NCBI GenBank assembly: GCA_030248215.1 | Contig: JASANG010003696.1 | Span: 1 to 64,000, forward strand | DNA: 64,000 nt | Direction: 5' to 3' | Source of the DNA: Enoplolaimus lenunculus | Taxonomy: Eukaryota | Shown here: positions 48,293 to 63,765 of the stretch, piece by piece | Layout: each line of letters begins with the position of its first letter | How positions within the stretch are numbered: position 1 is the stretch's first letter | Made by a program: the position numbers and the translations under genes | Notes under the pieces: model-generated | The model's input: only the letters and a program-made list of their open reading frames with translations | Told to the model about the DNA's origin: nothing | Databases searched by the model: none

Positions 48293-51200
48293 ACTTTGTA
48301 GTTGATTCGGGCCCATGTTAATTATAGGCACCTGTCAAATGGGACACATTTTGAGAGTAGGGCCTTCTAGATGAGTAGACTTATGTTAGGCTAGGCAAGC
48401 CTAGGCTTATAGCTTTATGTTTAGGGTACAAATTTAGCATTGCCACAAAGCATTTCCTATAACCATGCTCAAAGTAGACCACAAGGCCTTAATCATGCCG
48501 TTGATGCGTTATCACTAGTGGGTTCACTTGATCATCTCCTCACAGCGTTAAAGATCATATAAATCTTGTCACCCAAAATTATATCAACTCACGAGTGAAC
48601 AAATCCTTTCACTCATATAGTATACTATAAGCAACTAAATACAAATAATATGCGAGCAACATAGAAACTGTGAGCAGTGTTTAACAATTCTATAACATAT
48701 ATGCGCAGTGCAAAATCTCCACAAGACGTGACAACGTGAGAATCCGGTCGTTCTCGACCGACAAACTCTTATAGTTCAGTGGCCATCGTAAACGTCTCCC
48801 ACACGTCAGACTGGATATCGAATCTTACCATGAAATTACATCTCATATGAAATTGAAAGCATTCGTGTGAAAAAGCGTTTCTAAAACTACAAAGAATAAC
48901 TAATTGGTTTTCAGAGTTGATCAGTTAGCTCACTGAAATTAACAGTGTATTGAAAATACAATTTGAAAGTTTATTTTCAAGTTTGCAAAAAGTGTACGAC
49001 TACATGTTCAACACATAAACACGTTTACAAAGAAATATTTAAAAATCTCATGACAAGGTCATTTAAATTTGAAAAATAGTCAAATAGCAAAAGCAAACTT
49101 TTGGTAAAAATTGTCCAGATTCCAAGCTGATGCTTTAAATATTTGTTTTGTTTCTGTTTACGAACCTCGGTACAAACGTAACTTTACAGCTGTATTGCGT
49201 GGCATTGCCCACAAAGCAACTGTCAAAACGAACGTTTCACAATTTTAAAATTCAAATATACGCACACAAATTTGTTGTATAAAGCATTTTTTTGTAAATG
49301 TTGTAAACATTTTACAAAAAAACAGTGCTTGTACCTTAATTGGAATAGTGTCGGCGCGAAACCTTATTATAAAGCTGAAACGCATCACATAAATATTTTG
49401 GAAGCGATGTCATCTGATCATTCCATGCCCAAATTTGAATTTTGAATAATTCGAGCTTTAACGTGTCCACTACCGAGGTCCGCCCTTGAGACCCAAAAAA
49501 TTGTTTTGCAACAAGCTGGACAACGGTGTGTAACCGGATATCTGTTTCCTGGAAAAATCGGTGTTCGTTTCAGTATCAGTTTCTGTTATAGAAATAACGG
49601 TAATTTTGTTAATATTTTGACGTTCAAAATTAGTGTCAATCTTATCTGGCAATTTTTCGTTACAGATATGCTGCAATTGTTTGAAATGAAATAAAAATTA
49701 CGAAATTCATGCAAAATTTTAAAATTCCAATGGTTCCACTAGTTTTGGTTTAAACTTAAAAACCTGACGAATTTTACATACCTCCATTGTGTTAGAAGAA
49801 AATAAAACATCTTTCAAACATTTATATTTCAATGGTCGTTTTCCATTTCAGTTTCCGTTTCCGTTATTTTGATTACTTACCGTTTCCGTTACCGCTTTCG
49901 TTACTTTTGCTGTTCGTTTACGTTCTGTTTGACAAATTACATAATTACATATCATTTGACACAACCTGTAGAGCTGAGTTGAATGGTTTAGTTGTTCAGC
50001 AATCAGACTTCTAGCTAGCGGCTTTACTTTCAAATAACTGATTTGGCACCGTCCCAAATCGTTGGCAGCGCGGCAAATTAGTTCTTTGAGCATAACACGT
50101 TAGCCAAACGTCTGATTGCGGAACACGTTGCACCATACAACTCAGCTCCGTAAGCTGCGTTGAACGATATGTAGTTGTCTAAATTTTTAAAAAGATTTTG
50201 GTTCCCGACAGGAAACCAACTAAAAAATCGAATTTTTTAAAAAAATTCAAATTTGGGCGTGAAATGATTAGGGAAGGATATGAGAAGCTCAAATATTAAA
50301 CATTTTTAAAATAGAAACATTTTTGACAAACGCCGGCTGGGGGATAACCGAAACAACCCGTTGTTTAATACAAATAAAATAAATTGTCTTGAAATTTCAA
50401 GACTCTCACTTTCTTAAATTTTCAACACATTATAATGTCTTGCTTTTCAGAAATTAATAGCCTTAACCAGCTCAGAAATTTGTGCCAAAAGTGGTTAAAA
50501 CATAAATGTGTTTTATTCAAGCAATTTTATTATTTACAATTTTTAAGAAACATATTTCTTTCTTTCTAAAAATATATAATTGTTTTAATATATTCAAGAA
50601 TTAATTTTTGATTTTTAGGTATGCAAGAAAGTTGCTTCGTTTATATTCTTAAAAGAAGATATATAAATAATCAAATTCCGAAGATATTTCGGGTTGAGCT
50701 CAGTCTCCCCCATCCTAAGTTTAAGTCTTGGACGTATATATATAAGGTTGTAAAATTATGGTATTTGATTGAGTTTAACTCCCACGTTTGAAGGCGACTT
50801 CTGTGGCAAATCTTGTTTCTAAGATATATGTGTCAAATATCAGCAAATTACATTTATTTCAGACATATTTGCGTTGTATTTCAGGCATATATATTCGTCT
50901 TGTATTTCAGAAATATTTTTCTTAGTCGTTTATAGAACATGCGCTTAAATTTAATACAATGTTTAAGTGTTGAAAATTTCTCACGCAGATTTCTGAAAAA
51001 TTTCAGAAACTAATGTTTTGTGTTCAAGACCGCCCTACCACGATAGATCATCTATTTCATACCTTTGGATGAAACATTACAAATTCATGACGTCAATGCT
51101 AACTTTCCGTTTGACGCTTCGATTTGCCTTCATTGCAGGCCAGACCTGTAGCCAGGTCACCTTATTAGGTGTGCTAAATATTTTTCAGGAGGGGCATACA

Positions 51201-53362
51201 AGAATTTTCGATGACTTAATATTAGCAAGGTTGAAAATTTTCTTGTGGGGAGGGGCAAAATTTTTTGCGGGAGATTCCCTTCAGTCCACCTCTGGGTACG
51301 GCCTCGTTAGAGGAGATAAATTGTGTGACACTTCTATCGCTACTACATCTAGTGAAAGCTGTGTTATGTTGTCGTAATGTCTGGAAAAGATTAATAATAA
51401 TTAGCAGGGGTACAAATACTTAATTTCAAATGCAACGTCAGTACAGGCAAAATAGCGTAATTTCCACAACAAAAGTGATGCATCATATGTATTTACGACC
51501 GACATACATCTAATTTTTGTTATTTTTAATCAGATATTCAGACTGAGTGTAATTTATGTTCTACAGTATAACGTGTACACCAGGTGACTTTTGAGGATGT
51601 AGTGTGTTGGACACTGAAGCATTTTCTACCTCATTGTGCTGAACACAGAATCATTCTGGTTTCAGTGTGCAGCGCACTGAAAGTTACCAAGTGTACGCAT
51701 GGTATTGTAGAAATTGCGTAAATTTAAATGAATTAGCGAATTAGTTATTGCTAAAGTGTATGACTACTGGGTTTCTGAAACCATATATTTCAGCACAATT
51801 TAAAGTACTTGGGCTAAACAATTGTTTATCTATTGTTTCGGTTTTAAAAGCGTACTTTAACGTAAATTCTAATGTCACTCAGGTAAAATTTGTTATATTA
51901 CACATTATCAATTCAGGCTATTAAACCATGATCTAATTTAACCTGTACAATATTAGTGTCTCTTTAACAAAAGTTAAAACTATGCCTTTCTTGTTATGTA
52001 TGACATCGGCTCACATTTGGCGTTTATTTGTTTTGGTGGTCCAAAAGTTATGTATTTGAGTTGGCGACTCAAGTAAACACTTGATTAATGCTTACGTAGG
52101 TAAATATATAAAAATTTCTAAAATCCAGCCAATATCAGTAAATATTAACCTTTGCTCTAAGTTGGTTGATCTTCATTCTAGAGATGAGTTGACTCCGAGT
52201 AAGTTGAATAAGGCAGGTTGAGTTAAATCAACTCAGAATTCTGAGAGTTCCTTAATATATGGTCTTAATTTGATCACAGTGTTTCAACTCTGTCTAAATT
52301 AAAATCAACTCGTTGTGATTTATATCCATCCTCCAACGGATCCAGCGATGTGTATTTTAAAAGAAGAGAAATGTTTTAAATATCATACTGAATATCAATA
52401 AAAACCTTTGTGACAGTAACTGTGAGTGGAAAAAAGAACAAAGTCAAACAGCTCTAAAATTTTGCAAACAATATATACAGAAAAACCAAAACTGGTCACA
52501 AAAATCGTCAAGAACTCGTTCTGTATTATGATTGAGGTTTGACTAACGATTCCTTTTCGGTTGCTCCAGCTACTTTAGGGTAAAACAATGCAAATATTTT
52601 TAAGAGCATTTCGGATACCCAGATATCCGATGTTATATCCGGATATTGTGATTGACATTTTAACATAGTCTGTATACCCAATTATGTTTTTGTTCGTGGT
52701 TGCGTGCTTAAGGATGCAACACGGTACTCCGACGTCAAATCGTGAAACTGATTCACGACGTCGTAAACGTTTTCTTGCGATTTAAATTTCAATTACAGTT
52801 TAAAAACTTCGTAGCTAGTGCGCACTTCAATTAAAAGTTGGAAAAAATAAACCACGAAATTTGCGTACTTTTTTCCGTATCGGTAAATAACAGTTCGGCA
52901 AAATTTTGTTTTGATATTTCCTGATCTGCCGTATTGAGGTGAACACGAAAATTCCAAAATTTTTGCAAAAATATCGTTTTTGCAATTTTTACGTTTTGAC
53001 CCCATAAAAAGTACCCATTTATTATATTTAGCACCGGAATAAAGATACTTGATGGTGCACTACGGTTTCAGTATTATTTCAACTCGTTATCGTTGTTATG
53101 GTTACAACTGAAGTAAAATATAATTTTACGTGTTCTAGTGAAAGTTAGCTCCCATATTTTGATTAAAGATATGAATACAATAAAAAGTGTGGCGACATCG
53201 GTGCTTTTGGGCACTGAGTTATATCATGCTTCGACACATTTTCTAATTTTATTCGGTATCCGAATGCTTCCGCGAAAAGGTATGTTAATATGTTGGTTGT
53301 CAGTGTAGCTTCAAACCCGGACTTCTGACCTTTTACTAAGCAGCTAGCAAAGCGGGCATCCA

Positions 53363-53429
53363 GAGCTGGGATCGAATTCTCATCCGACGGATCGTTAAGC
53401 GAACACTCTACCACTGCGCCACGCAGCTC
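53363..53429 (-). repeat. tRNA-derived (SINE-head-like) sequence
   Basis: Minus strand GAGCTGCGTGGCGCAGTGGTAGAGTG...GAATTCGATCCCAGCTC with an A box and a degenerate B box. Confidence 0.5.
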
Positions 53430-56400
53430 GCCTCTCCAACTGCATTTTTCGTCGACTATGTGTCGACCGTATGCTGCCAGCTAGCATACATACAGTGCAC
53501 TGAACTATATTGCTTGTGCACATAACGAACAAGCATGTCTCACATGCTTACATTGGTTATGTTCTGCTTCGTCATATATACCAAGTGTATATGCATGAAA
53601 GTGTTTTGCATTCAAATGAAGGTTAATTGACTAGCGAAATTTCTTCCAGCTACGTTTTTACTCCGAAGAAACTACTGGATTTGAACTACAAACCTGAGAT
53701 CACCAATATATTAATTATGTTTTTAAGATTTGGTGCGTCAGCGAATATATTTTCTTATCGACACATCGACGGTGTTTGTTAGCACAGTCTGTTTTGCTCG
53801 CCATTTGTGGTGGTTAACGTCCCTTCAGATGATACAACATTTTTACTATTACTTGACATGGAATGACTCCGGACCATGTAAGAAGGTGTGTGGTTTACTG
53901 TGTTACGTACTGTGTTAACACGAAGTCATTCACAACAGAATATATTTAAAGCGATTTTAGATTTTTGTTGACTGTATGTGAGAGTGCAAACGTGGTAACA
54001 TTACAAGGACAACTTCTCGAATTAAGTTTATAATGGCTGCATTCTTTGGCAGATGTAGATATGTACAATGAGATGGTGTGCATTGCTCGCCAATACTCAG
54101 CATCTACACACCTGTATGTCGGCATCAGTGTGCGCACGGATATCTCTATCCGGTTTAACATATGTTAAAAACCGATATCCGTATTCGATTCCGGTATCCG
54201 GTATATAAACCTACCGGATATTTATGGTGGTGGTCCCGAATTTCATAAAACTGCTTTTTCCAAAAGGCTGTCAGACGTCACTAAGATCTCGTTGAGATTG
54301 CACTTCTGGGCAAGTCAAGAAGTTGAAACCTTGATATATATCGAAGTAAAAATGAAAAATGCAAACTAACAGTTAATCCTAATTAAACGAAAATATGCTT
54401 TCGCACGACTCAAATTCTTCAAACAGTGCACCAATGTAAATGCTATACGTATATGATAAATTTCCGGTTCTGCTTCCGGAAAAAGTTCACTTCGTCCACG
54501 GTTACGGTATCCGGTAAATTAATATCCGATCATACGTAAACTGATCGGTATATGTGCTCGGTAAGTGTATGGAAAGCAAAAATATTGCCATAAGTGGTAG
54601 CATGCTTGACTCGATGTCAAGGGCAAAAGAGTCGAGGGTCGATTTGCGACGTGGTCCTAAATAGCACATCGGGTAGTAGAAAAATATGAGCATTCTTATT
54701 GTAGGGTTTAAGCCGTTTAGCAAATTAACAGATACATTGCGAAAGCGCCATTTGTTTAAAATTTAATTCGTAAATTCAGTTCGCGAAAATATTATGACGT
54801 TAGGTTTCAGGTAATTACTTGGAGTTCACTTGACTGGTCGCTCCGGGAAGGCAATAAGTCGCGCTTTTCTTCAGAAGCCTGGGAACTGGTTATTGGAACT
54901 GCTTTCGATATGAGTGTTCACGCAATTATGGCGTGGCAAATCGCACGATCTGGAGTGTCATGGTTCCAGCTTTTGGTACTTGTAATTTCCAGTGTTTAAA
55001 TGCTGAAAGTGGTCTTACCTGTTTCGGAAATCTTATATTGTTATTGTATAAACAAAAGTTTTGTTAGTTTTGTTACTGGTTTGACATAAAATTGACCGCC
55101 ATTGTGCTCACTAGTTAAATAATTTCTCGAATTATGTGTATAAATATAGTGTTAAATTCCAAAACATATAAACATAAAATATGAATCATTGCATAATTGT
55201 TGTTTAAACACCCGGTGGTGATACTGGTAAAGGATGCATATTTTCCCACGTCAGCAAAAGGGATTAATAAAACAAACCGCGCGTAGAAAGCAAACACTCG
55301 TCGAAACACAGCAATAAAACTTTTATACCACAATCAGTTGAGTGACTGTATGGAGAAGAAACTGGTGGTTGCTAAAAACGGCAAAGCTAAAAGTTTCGGT
55401 TCCGGTTTGTAACCCTGAAATCGGAACGAGAACTTCCAGTCGAACCTTGATGTTGAGGCCAATTTGCTGTTCAGGCCAATACAAATTGGCCTTGCCTAAC
55501 TTGCTATTCTGGGCTAACGGCAAATTTTCCTAGGCCAAACAGCTTTTGGTGAAATATAGAAATATAGCTGAACAACGGTGATGTAAAACTAACGCTGATT
55601 TGTTATTTGTATTGCGACTGACCAAATAATTAAATCTGATTGGTCTATTAGTTCAATAGCAGTTTAGCCTAACCGGAACTGAAACATTAAGTTGTGCCGC
55701 TTTTTGCAAAATCGTAGTATAAAATAGTTACTTTTACCTCGTACTTCTGTTATTACTTGAATGGTGTATGGCCAGCTTTTATTTGATGTCAATGAATATT
55801 CGTGATGAGAACATTTCTATCTCATTAAAAAGTCACTCCTTTGAGTAATGGGAGCGTTAGGGAAGTTTTGCAAAGGTTTAAGTTCCAGTTTATTAATTTT
55901 CGGCTTTATATTTTCCCAATGTTGGAATTTCAGGGTGCTATTGCAGTATGTGTTATTCCGGTAAAGGCATTGGTATACAACAAACGATATGCGTGGGCGA
56001 ATCCACGAAATATGCCTGCATGGGTCGAACGACGACTTCAAACACCTGAAGAGTGAATTTGATTTAGCATCTAACGCCAGTTATATACAATATGAGCTCA
56101 CTGCTCAGGCTGATTCACGAACTTCAGTATCACGTTGGTGCTATATTTTTGATGGCGTCCGGCGCCGTGCGTCACCGTACCACAACGCACTTTAAGTGCC
56201 CCATAGAACAGCATATCAATTTTTAAAGAAAAATTTTTAGACGTGCGGCGCCAACCGGCCGCACGAGAATTATGGTGCCACAAATTCCTTTGCCCTTGCC
56301 ATGCTATATATAATACATTTTATCACGTAATAGAGACAATATCAGTGTAGGTTGGCTATATCAAATTTTAAGTGTGCTTTGATTAAAACTATTTTTGTTT

Positions 56401-56919
56401 TATCCTTTTGTTCTAATTATGATCGTGGTCATATTAAGAAATGTAAGGCATTAATATTTTCCTAACCTTGCTGTTCACCACGGGATCAATTTTTTGTTCG
56501 ATAGTTAGAAAGTGTTTATGGGCAGTATTTCTAACTTGTCTTGTAGATTTTTTCACATTCTAGAAATTAAAATCAATGTCTTTGTTTTAGGAAATACTTG
56601 TATAAAAATGCTATTTAATGTAATATTATGAACTGATATGTAATGACATTATTGATTATATTGTTAAAAAGTTTCAGGTGCATTTTGTTGATTTTACTGT
56701 AACCTTAATCACTGCTCAGTATTTATGCATGTTTCAAAGTACCCAATTATGATGTGTTTGTTGAGTTTTAATATATTATACTAATATGTTCGTATTCTGC
56801 GATACTTTACACTTGGTGTTTGCATTGGAAGATGAATAATTTTAGTTTTGGTTAAGCAGATTGTGTTCATGGCTTTAAATCAACAGAGGATCAAGCAAAA
56901 CTTTATGTTGTCCAGATAT

Positions 56920-57574
56920 TAGGGTGTAACCGGCAGGGTGCAACCGGAATTACAATTTACCGGAACCGGAGCCGGAATTTGAAAAAATTACTGGAAACGA
57001 AACCGGAACCGAAAAATTAAAAATACATGCTATCGAAAAATTCATTTTGATTTTTTTGTAATATTGGTGAAGCAACCCTTGTTACAGATAGGTATTCACT
57101 TTATCTGCTGTATTTTCAATTTTCATAACCCACAGAAACGAAATCTACCTTCGATGGTTTATTTTCGGCTATTGTCAAAGTTTGCATACTTAATTTCCAT
57201 CGACGAAATTTTAATACCGGAATTTAATTCCGGTAAAAATTTACCGGACCCGGAACCGGAAGGTGTAAAAATGCCGGAGCCGGAATTCCAGTTGTATCCT
57301 GGCAACGGGATATCCGTTTCCGGTAAAAATCGGCATCTGTTTCCGCTGTGAAAATATCGGACGTTCTATTTCGGTGTATCCGCCATTTTTTTTTAAAAAT
57401 TTTAAAACTCCCGGGGAATATTTGCACGTTTCAATTGTGTTGGCAGAGAAATAAAGTATCTTTGAAACTTTTAAACTTCAATATCTGTTTTCTGTTTCCG
57501 TTATTTCGATCACTATCCGTTTCCGTTATTTTTACTATTCGTCTCCGTCATTTTTACTGTCCGTTTACACCCTG
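56920..57574. mobile_element. CCGG-rich non-autonomous element(s) with (C/T)AGGGTGTAA ends
   Basis: AGGGTGTAACCGG ... CCGTTTACACCCTG with many CCGGAA(C/G)CGG motifs. Related ends at ~9005 and ~49523. Confidence 0.55.
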
Positions 57575-58435
57575 CGAAGTATTCATTAAATGCTAGGGTT
57601 TCTCATTTGCAATTATTTATGCTAATTTGAAACCCAACTGAATGCAGCTAATTTCAAGTGGCAACATGGAAATCTTGGATTTTATTCAGTTGTTACATCT
57701 GATTTTGGCTCAGAAAACGTGCACTGGCTAGAGCCTCATGGCTGAGAATCGTTTATTGGGCTACGTATTTGATCAATGTGCAACCGGAGGTGAAAAATGC
57801 CGGAGCCGGAGGTCAACGAAACTCGCCGGAGCCGGAGGTGAGGCGAAATTAGGTAAAAACGATGATGGTTAACTAGTTAATTTTAGCCAATATCTGCAAT
57901 ATGTTGTTAATTTGTTTGGTTTTACGCTAATTTTCTGCGAATTTTCGGAAATTTATTCCTGAAAATTGTGACAGAAGTAAAACGAAACGCGTTCAAACAG
58001 ATAAGTTTTGCAAAAATATGCAAAATGTTGCTACCGAAATTTCCGGCCGGTTGGACCCTGTGTATATATCTTATTATGACGATTTCAAATTATTAAAGTA
58101 AAAGTTATTGTTGTACGCGTTTAGATGTAATTAGGGTTTAAATCGAGCTTTTCGCTATTTCACACATTCAATCCTAAATATGTTAATTACAAAAGTTTAA
58201 CGGCCTAAAGTTATTTTGGCCGTTTTAAACCCGAATGCGTTGTTGATAAGTCCCAGATGGCGGAGTATTGTGTATTAAGGTTAGTAGCAACCATAGTTCC
58301 TGTAAAAGCGAATTCAGTGTTTGTCACAATAAAGTTTTCAGTGGTGATTTTCTTAATTCGGTTGCCCTCCGATTAACACAGATGCTAGTGGATTTGATTG
58401 CGAAATAGTATTTACATGTTAGTAACATCATTGTA

Positions 58436-61400
58436 ATGCTTCCGTATCGTTGTACGTCGGATGGTTGTACAGCTCAGTTTGATAGCGCTGACAAATTTCG
58501 TGAACATTTCTATGAGAACCACGTCGTTTTGGTAAGTTTTGACTTTGAATTTAGGAAAATCTTTTCTACAGTGATATAATTTGAGTTATGGTTAGGACCG
58601 AGAGTCAAGGGGTGCTCAGGTTGAGGTAAGAATTAAGCACCTAATAAACTGTCTCAAAGTATGTTTAAAGAATACTGTTATATTGGAACGGTGTTTCTTT
58701 AAATGAACTTACTTTGGAATAGTCGGTTTTTAACGGTTTTGCTGCATTCCTGGCGTATTATTATAGATCAGTCATGTTTAATTTTTGTTTTTAGGACGGT
58801 GTTGATTTGGAAAATGCTGACAGTGTGGCTGATGAAGATGTAAGTAAGAAGTGTTTTTATTTTTAGTATTTTGTTTGTAGTTTTTTATTGAAATAACAAC
58901 AATAAGGGTCAAAAAAGACAATATGGAACTTGTCTGGTTGTTTGCTTTGCCTTCTGCCCTGTTTGTTACTTTGCGGCGTGCGGGACTTTGTTCTTAATAT
59001 AACAGGTTTACTACTGGGCTTTGTTAGTGTTTGGCTGCAGCCGCTCAAACAATTTCTGTTTGGAATTGTGGGATATCTTGAATTTGAAGAAAATGTTACT
59101 CGTTGAGTTTGAGAATGTTATAATTCTGATCGTGGGGTTTTGTCGTAATGTAAGCATAGTTTGGTCAATACTCTTAGCGGAGTCGATATTTTTGCCTGTA
59201 TTTTTGTTAGATCAGATTATGATTATTTCAAGTGTTTGTCAAAACAGTTGCACCAAGAGTGAATGAGCACTCGTAGCAAAAAGTGTATAACTAGCTAGCA
59301 TCTCCATGATACTAAATGTACAAGCAAGCGTTGCATTTTTGTCCGACCGTCCTATTTGGGTTGGGGTAGCCGACGTCGCGTTCAACACACCTGAAATACT
59401 AGTTAGAATTCATTTATTGATTTTAAGATAATACCGGAGAAAGTTTGCTGCAGTGGTATGTAAAGAAGTATTATCGTTTATAGAAATTTACAACCGCCTA
59501 AAGAGGGAGGTAGGGTAAAAACGCAACGCGCGCTGGATGCAATCTTTTCTACACACAAAGCAATGATTACCTGCTCGTGGTTGTCCCTGTGATATTTCTT
59601 GGTGCCCGTTGCACCCTTCCGCTTTTCTGTTCTGTCTGTCTTTTTCATGGCATTGTGGCTGTTGGATTCTTTTAATAATTATTGTTTCAGGCTAATTCTT
59701 CTAGCGCAAGCAGTGTTGTTAGTTGTGGCGTGTCTGCGACTCTTGACACTACAGAACCCTCTGCTGAAACGTCAGCCGGATCTCAGGCATCACCGTCCTC
59801 AAGTCATGGCCAACAACAAGAGTTAGAACAGTTGTACTTGTGTCCGCATTGTGTTTCAAAGCCAAAACGGTTTTCGAGCAAGCATGCACTCAGCTTACAT
59901 ATGGCATCCAGTCATACTGGTGTTGAGTGAGTTGTGTAGTAGTCGTTGTTGACCCTAGGTAGGGACAATGATTGGCGTAAGCATTAGGGTTCAACCCAGT
60001 CAGATATAAAATGTGTACTTTAACAAAAAGCAAACATGATCATGCTAATTTAATTCTACGTGCTATAATACATATGTTATAATTGAGTCTCTGCAAAGTG
60101 CAAGGGTCTTAGTACTGGTACAGCTTATTGAAGTGCCTATTTTTCTCATTTGGTAAGCGAAATTTTGTGATTTTGTTCAAAAACAGTGGTATATTATGAA
60201 GTATTATGTTATACTTTTAGCAATAAATGTCCAGTTGTGTAGAATGCCAAAGCTCTGTATTCTAGTGCGAATAGCGGAACTGGATTATACCGGAATCGCA
60301 ATCGGAATAGCAAATTTGTACTGTAATCGGAAGCGGAATCGGAGCTACATATTTTGTGAGTATAAGGATAATTTGTATTAGCAAGTATAATATTGATTTA
60401 GGGTGTGTCTTGGCTGGCTACAATTTTTTAAAAAGTCGCATAAACAAAGTGGCAATCATTTTTGGTTCTATAAAGCTAAATTTACAATCAATTATTGATA
60501 AGTTTACTGATCGAAAACAATTTAATAGATGTGTAAATGGTCCAGAATTTTTATGCAACATATCACTACAAGTAGGCTTAAAATTAAAATGTCAGAATTC
60601 TGATTCCGATTTATTGTTCAGTCGTAATCGAACTCGGAACTCGTTCTGAATCGGAATTAGGGTCAACCGTAAGGTGTAGGCATAGGTTTAATCAAGATTG
60701 TGGGCTGTACATTTTTGTGTTTTGGCGAAAATTTTTTATGTGGTTCTGCAAAATAGTCGCTGTTGAAACATTGGTGCAGTTAGCGTAACCTTCAGTAGAA
60801 AATGGTTTCAGACTAGTTTATGGCAGCTTGCCTCCGGACGACTTGTTGCCAGGCAACTGCCAAAACCTTAGCACAATTTTAATTGTATGTTTAATGCTGG
60901 GCGATAAATGGTCAGGTCTATGAGATGTTTAATGACGGAATGGAGGTCGACGAGTTGTTGGGCTACGAAATGTCATGATAATGTTTCAGGCTGAATACTG
61001 TGGTGGATGACGAAATTGTTATACTTGATGATGATGATGATGATAATGATAATGATAAAGACATTGTGAATGAAACTATCAAGAGCACAGAACAAGGTCT
61101 CGCTAGCCAGACACGAATGGAAACGGCGAACAGCATTGGGAATGTTTTTAAAACTTTACATCAAGACATAGCTTGTGCAAACGTCCAAAACGACCGAGGT
61201 GGCGGCGGGCTGCCTGTGGTGAAGCCGTTGAAAAATTTAGCTCGGAAACGGAGCAATCTTTCTCCGTCCACAAGGTTAGAGTTTTAAATTGATATGGAAA
61301 ACTAGGACGCTGTATCAACAGAACGCATCCGATTTTAGTTCTTGTATGCAGAAACGGTTTTGTCGTTTATTTTATCTTGACTATAATATTAAATCCGGTA

Positions 61401-63765
61401 TTATAACTTATATTTTTTGTTTGTGGAGATTGAAATTTTCACCATTAGTACAAACTGACGATTCGTATTGCTTATTCTACGGTGTTAACGTCTCGGTCCG
61501 GTGTCGCAAGTCAAAAATTTTTGTTTCTAACTTGATTTTCCGGATTTTTCGCGCTGTACCACATTTTGAATTTGACGTCACATGGTGTCGTACGGCACTA
61601 GATGGCGCTGGTAGGTTTTAAAAATGTCAAAAAGTATACATATCATCACCCCATCTATTCGTCGCAGTGGCAATTGATTTTTAGTTAATGGTTGAGCACC
61701 GTTTGATGTGACAGTATTGTACTTTTGTTTTTTCCTTTAGATCGTCAGCCAGTAGTCCATGTAGTGTCGCAAGTAAAGAAACAACACCAGTACCAGATAT
61801 TTCTCGTGCAATTGAAACAACTACAAGTCCTACTCGTAGCGCGTCTGACACAGTTCAAAAAGCGCTCAAGTCTGGCAAAGAGTGTGGCAAATCCCCGACC
61901 GGACGGAAGAGCGTTCCCTCGATTGTTGACCAGTTCAAGGAAAGTTCTAAAAAATTTAAAGCAGACTTTCTGACGCAGCCCAAACAGCAACACAATAAAA
62001 TCAGGAAACAAAGCATTTCAAGCGAGACAAAGCGTACTCATAAGAAATTGGGTGATAAAAAATTGAATAAGCTGGCGTCGAAAAGCACAGATGATATACC
62101 TATTGATGTTCACGAGCATTTGATTGACGTGATGAATGAAGAGAAGCGAGGTCAGGCAGTCTCTTTGATGGAGACTGAGAAAAAGGTTAGCTTGTGATTA
62201 GGTTGGGCCTAATCAGGGGTGGGGAGGGAAATCGGCAGCCACCCCTCGAAATTGTGACCTAAAAATCAAAAGTCACAAAATGTCACCTATTCTACCACGT
62301 ACTGCAAGGAAAGAGATTAGCTTTGTAGTTGGGACTACAGAGTGGAATAAACAATAAGTTCAAAACTAGCTTGTCCTATGGATGGCGCAAAACTGTTAAT
62401 TTTGCACATGGTCTGTTGTTTGAATTGCTGATTTATCCAAAGGCACCGCCAACATCTAATCAGCATTAATTGCGCTTTAGCTTGTCCTGGTCATTGAACA
62501 CACAGGCTTTGTGATGTTACTTACTTAACGCCACTATGTCGAATTTGAAAAATCTTTGAATCACCATGCGTTTAAGGTATGTTTTTGCTAAGTGCTTTGA
62601 AATTTTTATGCTTCTCACTCCTGATTATGATTATGTGTTTATTTTGCTTTTATTTTGCTATAGAATAGAAGAACAAGTAGACACAAACGTGGTATATATT
62701 ATCACGATGACTATGATACAGGTTTACACATGGATACCGATTATTTGGACAAGCGGGTAAAAGAATTTTATTCAAGACGTAGCAATACAAGTGTACAGCA
62801 TGATAATGAAGAACCAAGCGTGTACGATTTAATGCCAAAATATCCAAAATGTACGTCTTGGTAGTAAAGGGTGTTTAGGATGGAATACTAATTTGTCCCG
62901 AAGCAGACGCGGTTCACAAATTTGACGAATGTGAGGTTAGATCTATGCTAGGGGTCTCTGTCGGTGTCTGAGGTATACATAAACAATATTAAACAAGTAT
63001 TTATTAATATTATATTTTTTCGCTAGGGTACACTGGCATGTACGGGACCAAGTGTGCAGATCAACGATTGTATTAATAGATCTTATCCGTGAATAACTGC
63101 AGTAACCTTCCCTCCATTGAGTTCGTACTGAGATAAAAGTACTATGTTGCATAGGTCGCATATTTCTATGAGATTTTGCTATTTATTGAAATATACTGTT
63201 AATCTCCGGTTCCGGCCGGATGCTTTGCTATGCGGTTACGGCTTCTATATTCTTTGGTATCTGATTGCACCGTGGAAGGTACGAAGTTATTATAACTCAG
63301 TGTAGACAGGTAAATTTTTTAATTTCAAGAATTAAATTCCGTTTTGTCGTCACGTGATTTTTTGGCTTATGTTGCCTCGAACCAGTTTTATGAATATAAC
63401 GCAGCTTGGACAGACCTTGCATATGTTTTTAAGGAAGTCAATTCCCTGAAAAGTGTGGTTAATTTTTAAATTAAATTTCCCGAAAGATTGTAGCGTTATC
63501 ATCCAGGCAAAATATTGGAAAACTTTTATTTCAGATATCTTATATTCGTGTGTGTATTGTCCGTTTGCTTCTCCATCCGAACGTGATTTTCGTGAGCATA
63601 AGCGACACCATTTTGGACGACACAAGGTCAATTGTTTGTATTGCAGTTATGGTGCTCAGTCAAATGATCTAATCACTGCTCATACGACGTTACATTTTGC
63701 GGAGACTTGCGAAAAGCGTAAATCTCCGCTGCTCAAACATTCAAGTCCAAATCTGGGGAAATATA
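58436..63765 (+). CDS. C2H2 zinc-finger protein, 3' end unresolved
   Basis: Exons 58436-58531, 58795-58839, 59691-59926, 60990-61274, 61741-62185, 62664-62850, 63535-63765 are phase-consistent. Fingers YRCTSDGC..F..FREHFYENH, YLCPHC..F..LSLHMASSH, YSCVYC..FREHKRHH, NCLYC..ITAHTTLH. Acidic D-run and basic linker. Confidence 0.85.

Noticed and set aside
48093..48305. Repetitive ORFs on both strands
   Set aside because: Products of the 27-bp tandem array.
50450..56200. Exon-like segments (e.g. 53946-54161 and 54502-54723 minus, 54811-54999 and 55933-56056 plus)
   Set aside because: No recognisable domain and no convincing chain. Could be UTR, lncRNA or a small gene; needs RNA-seq.
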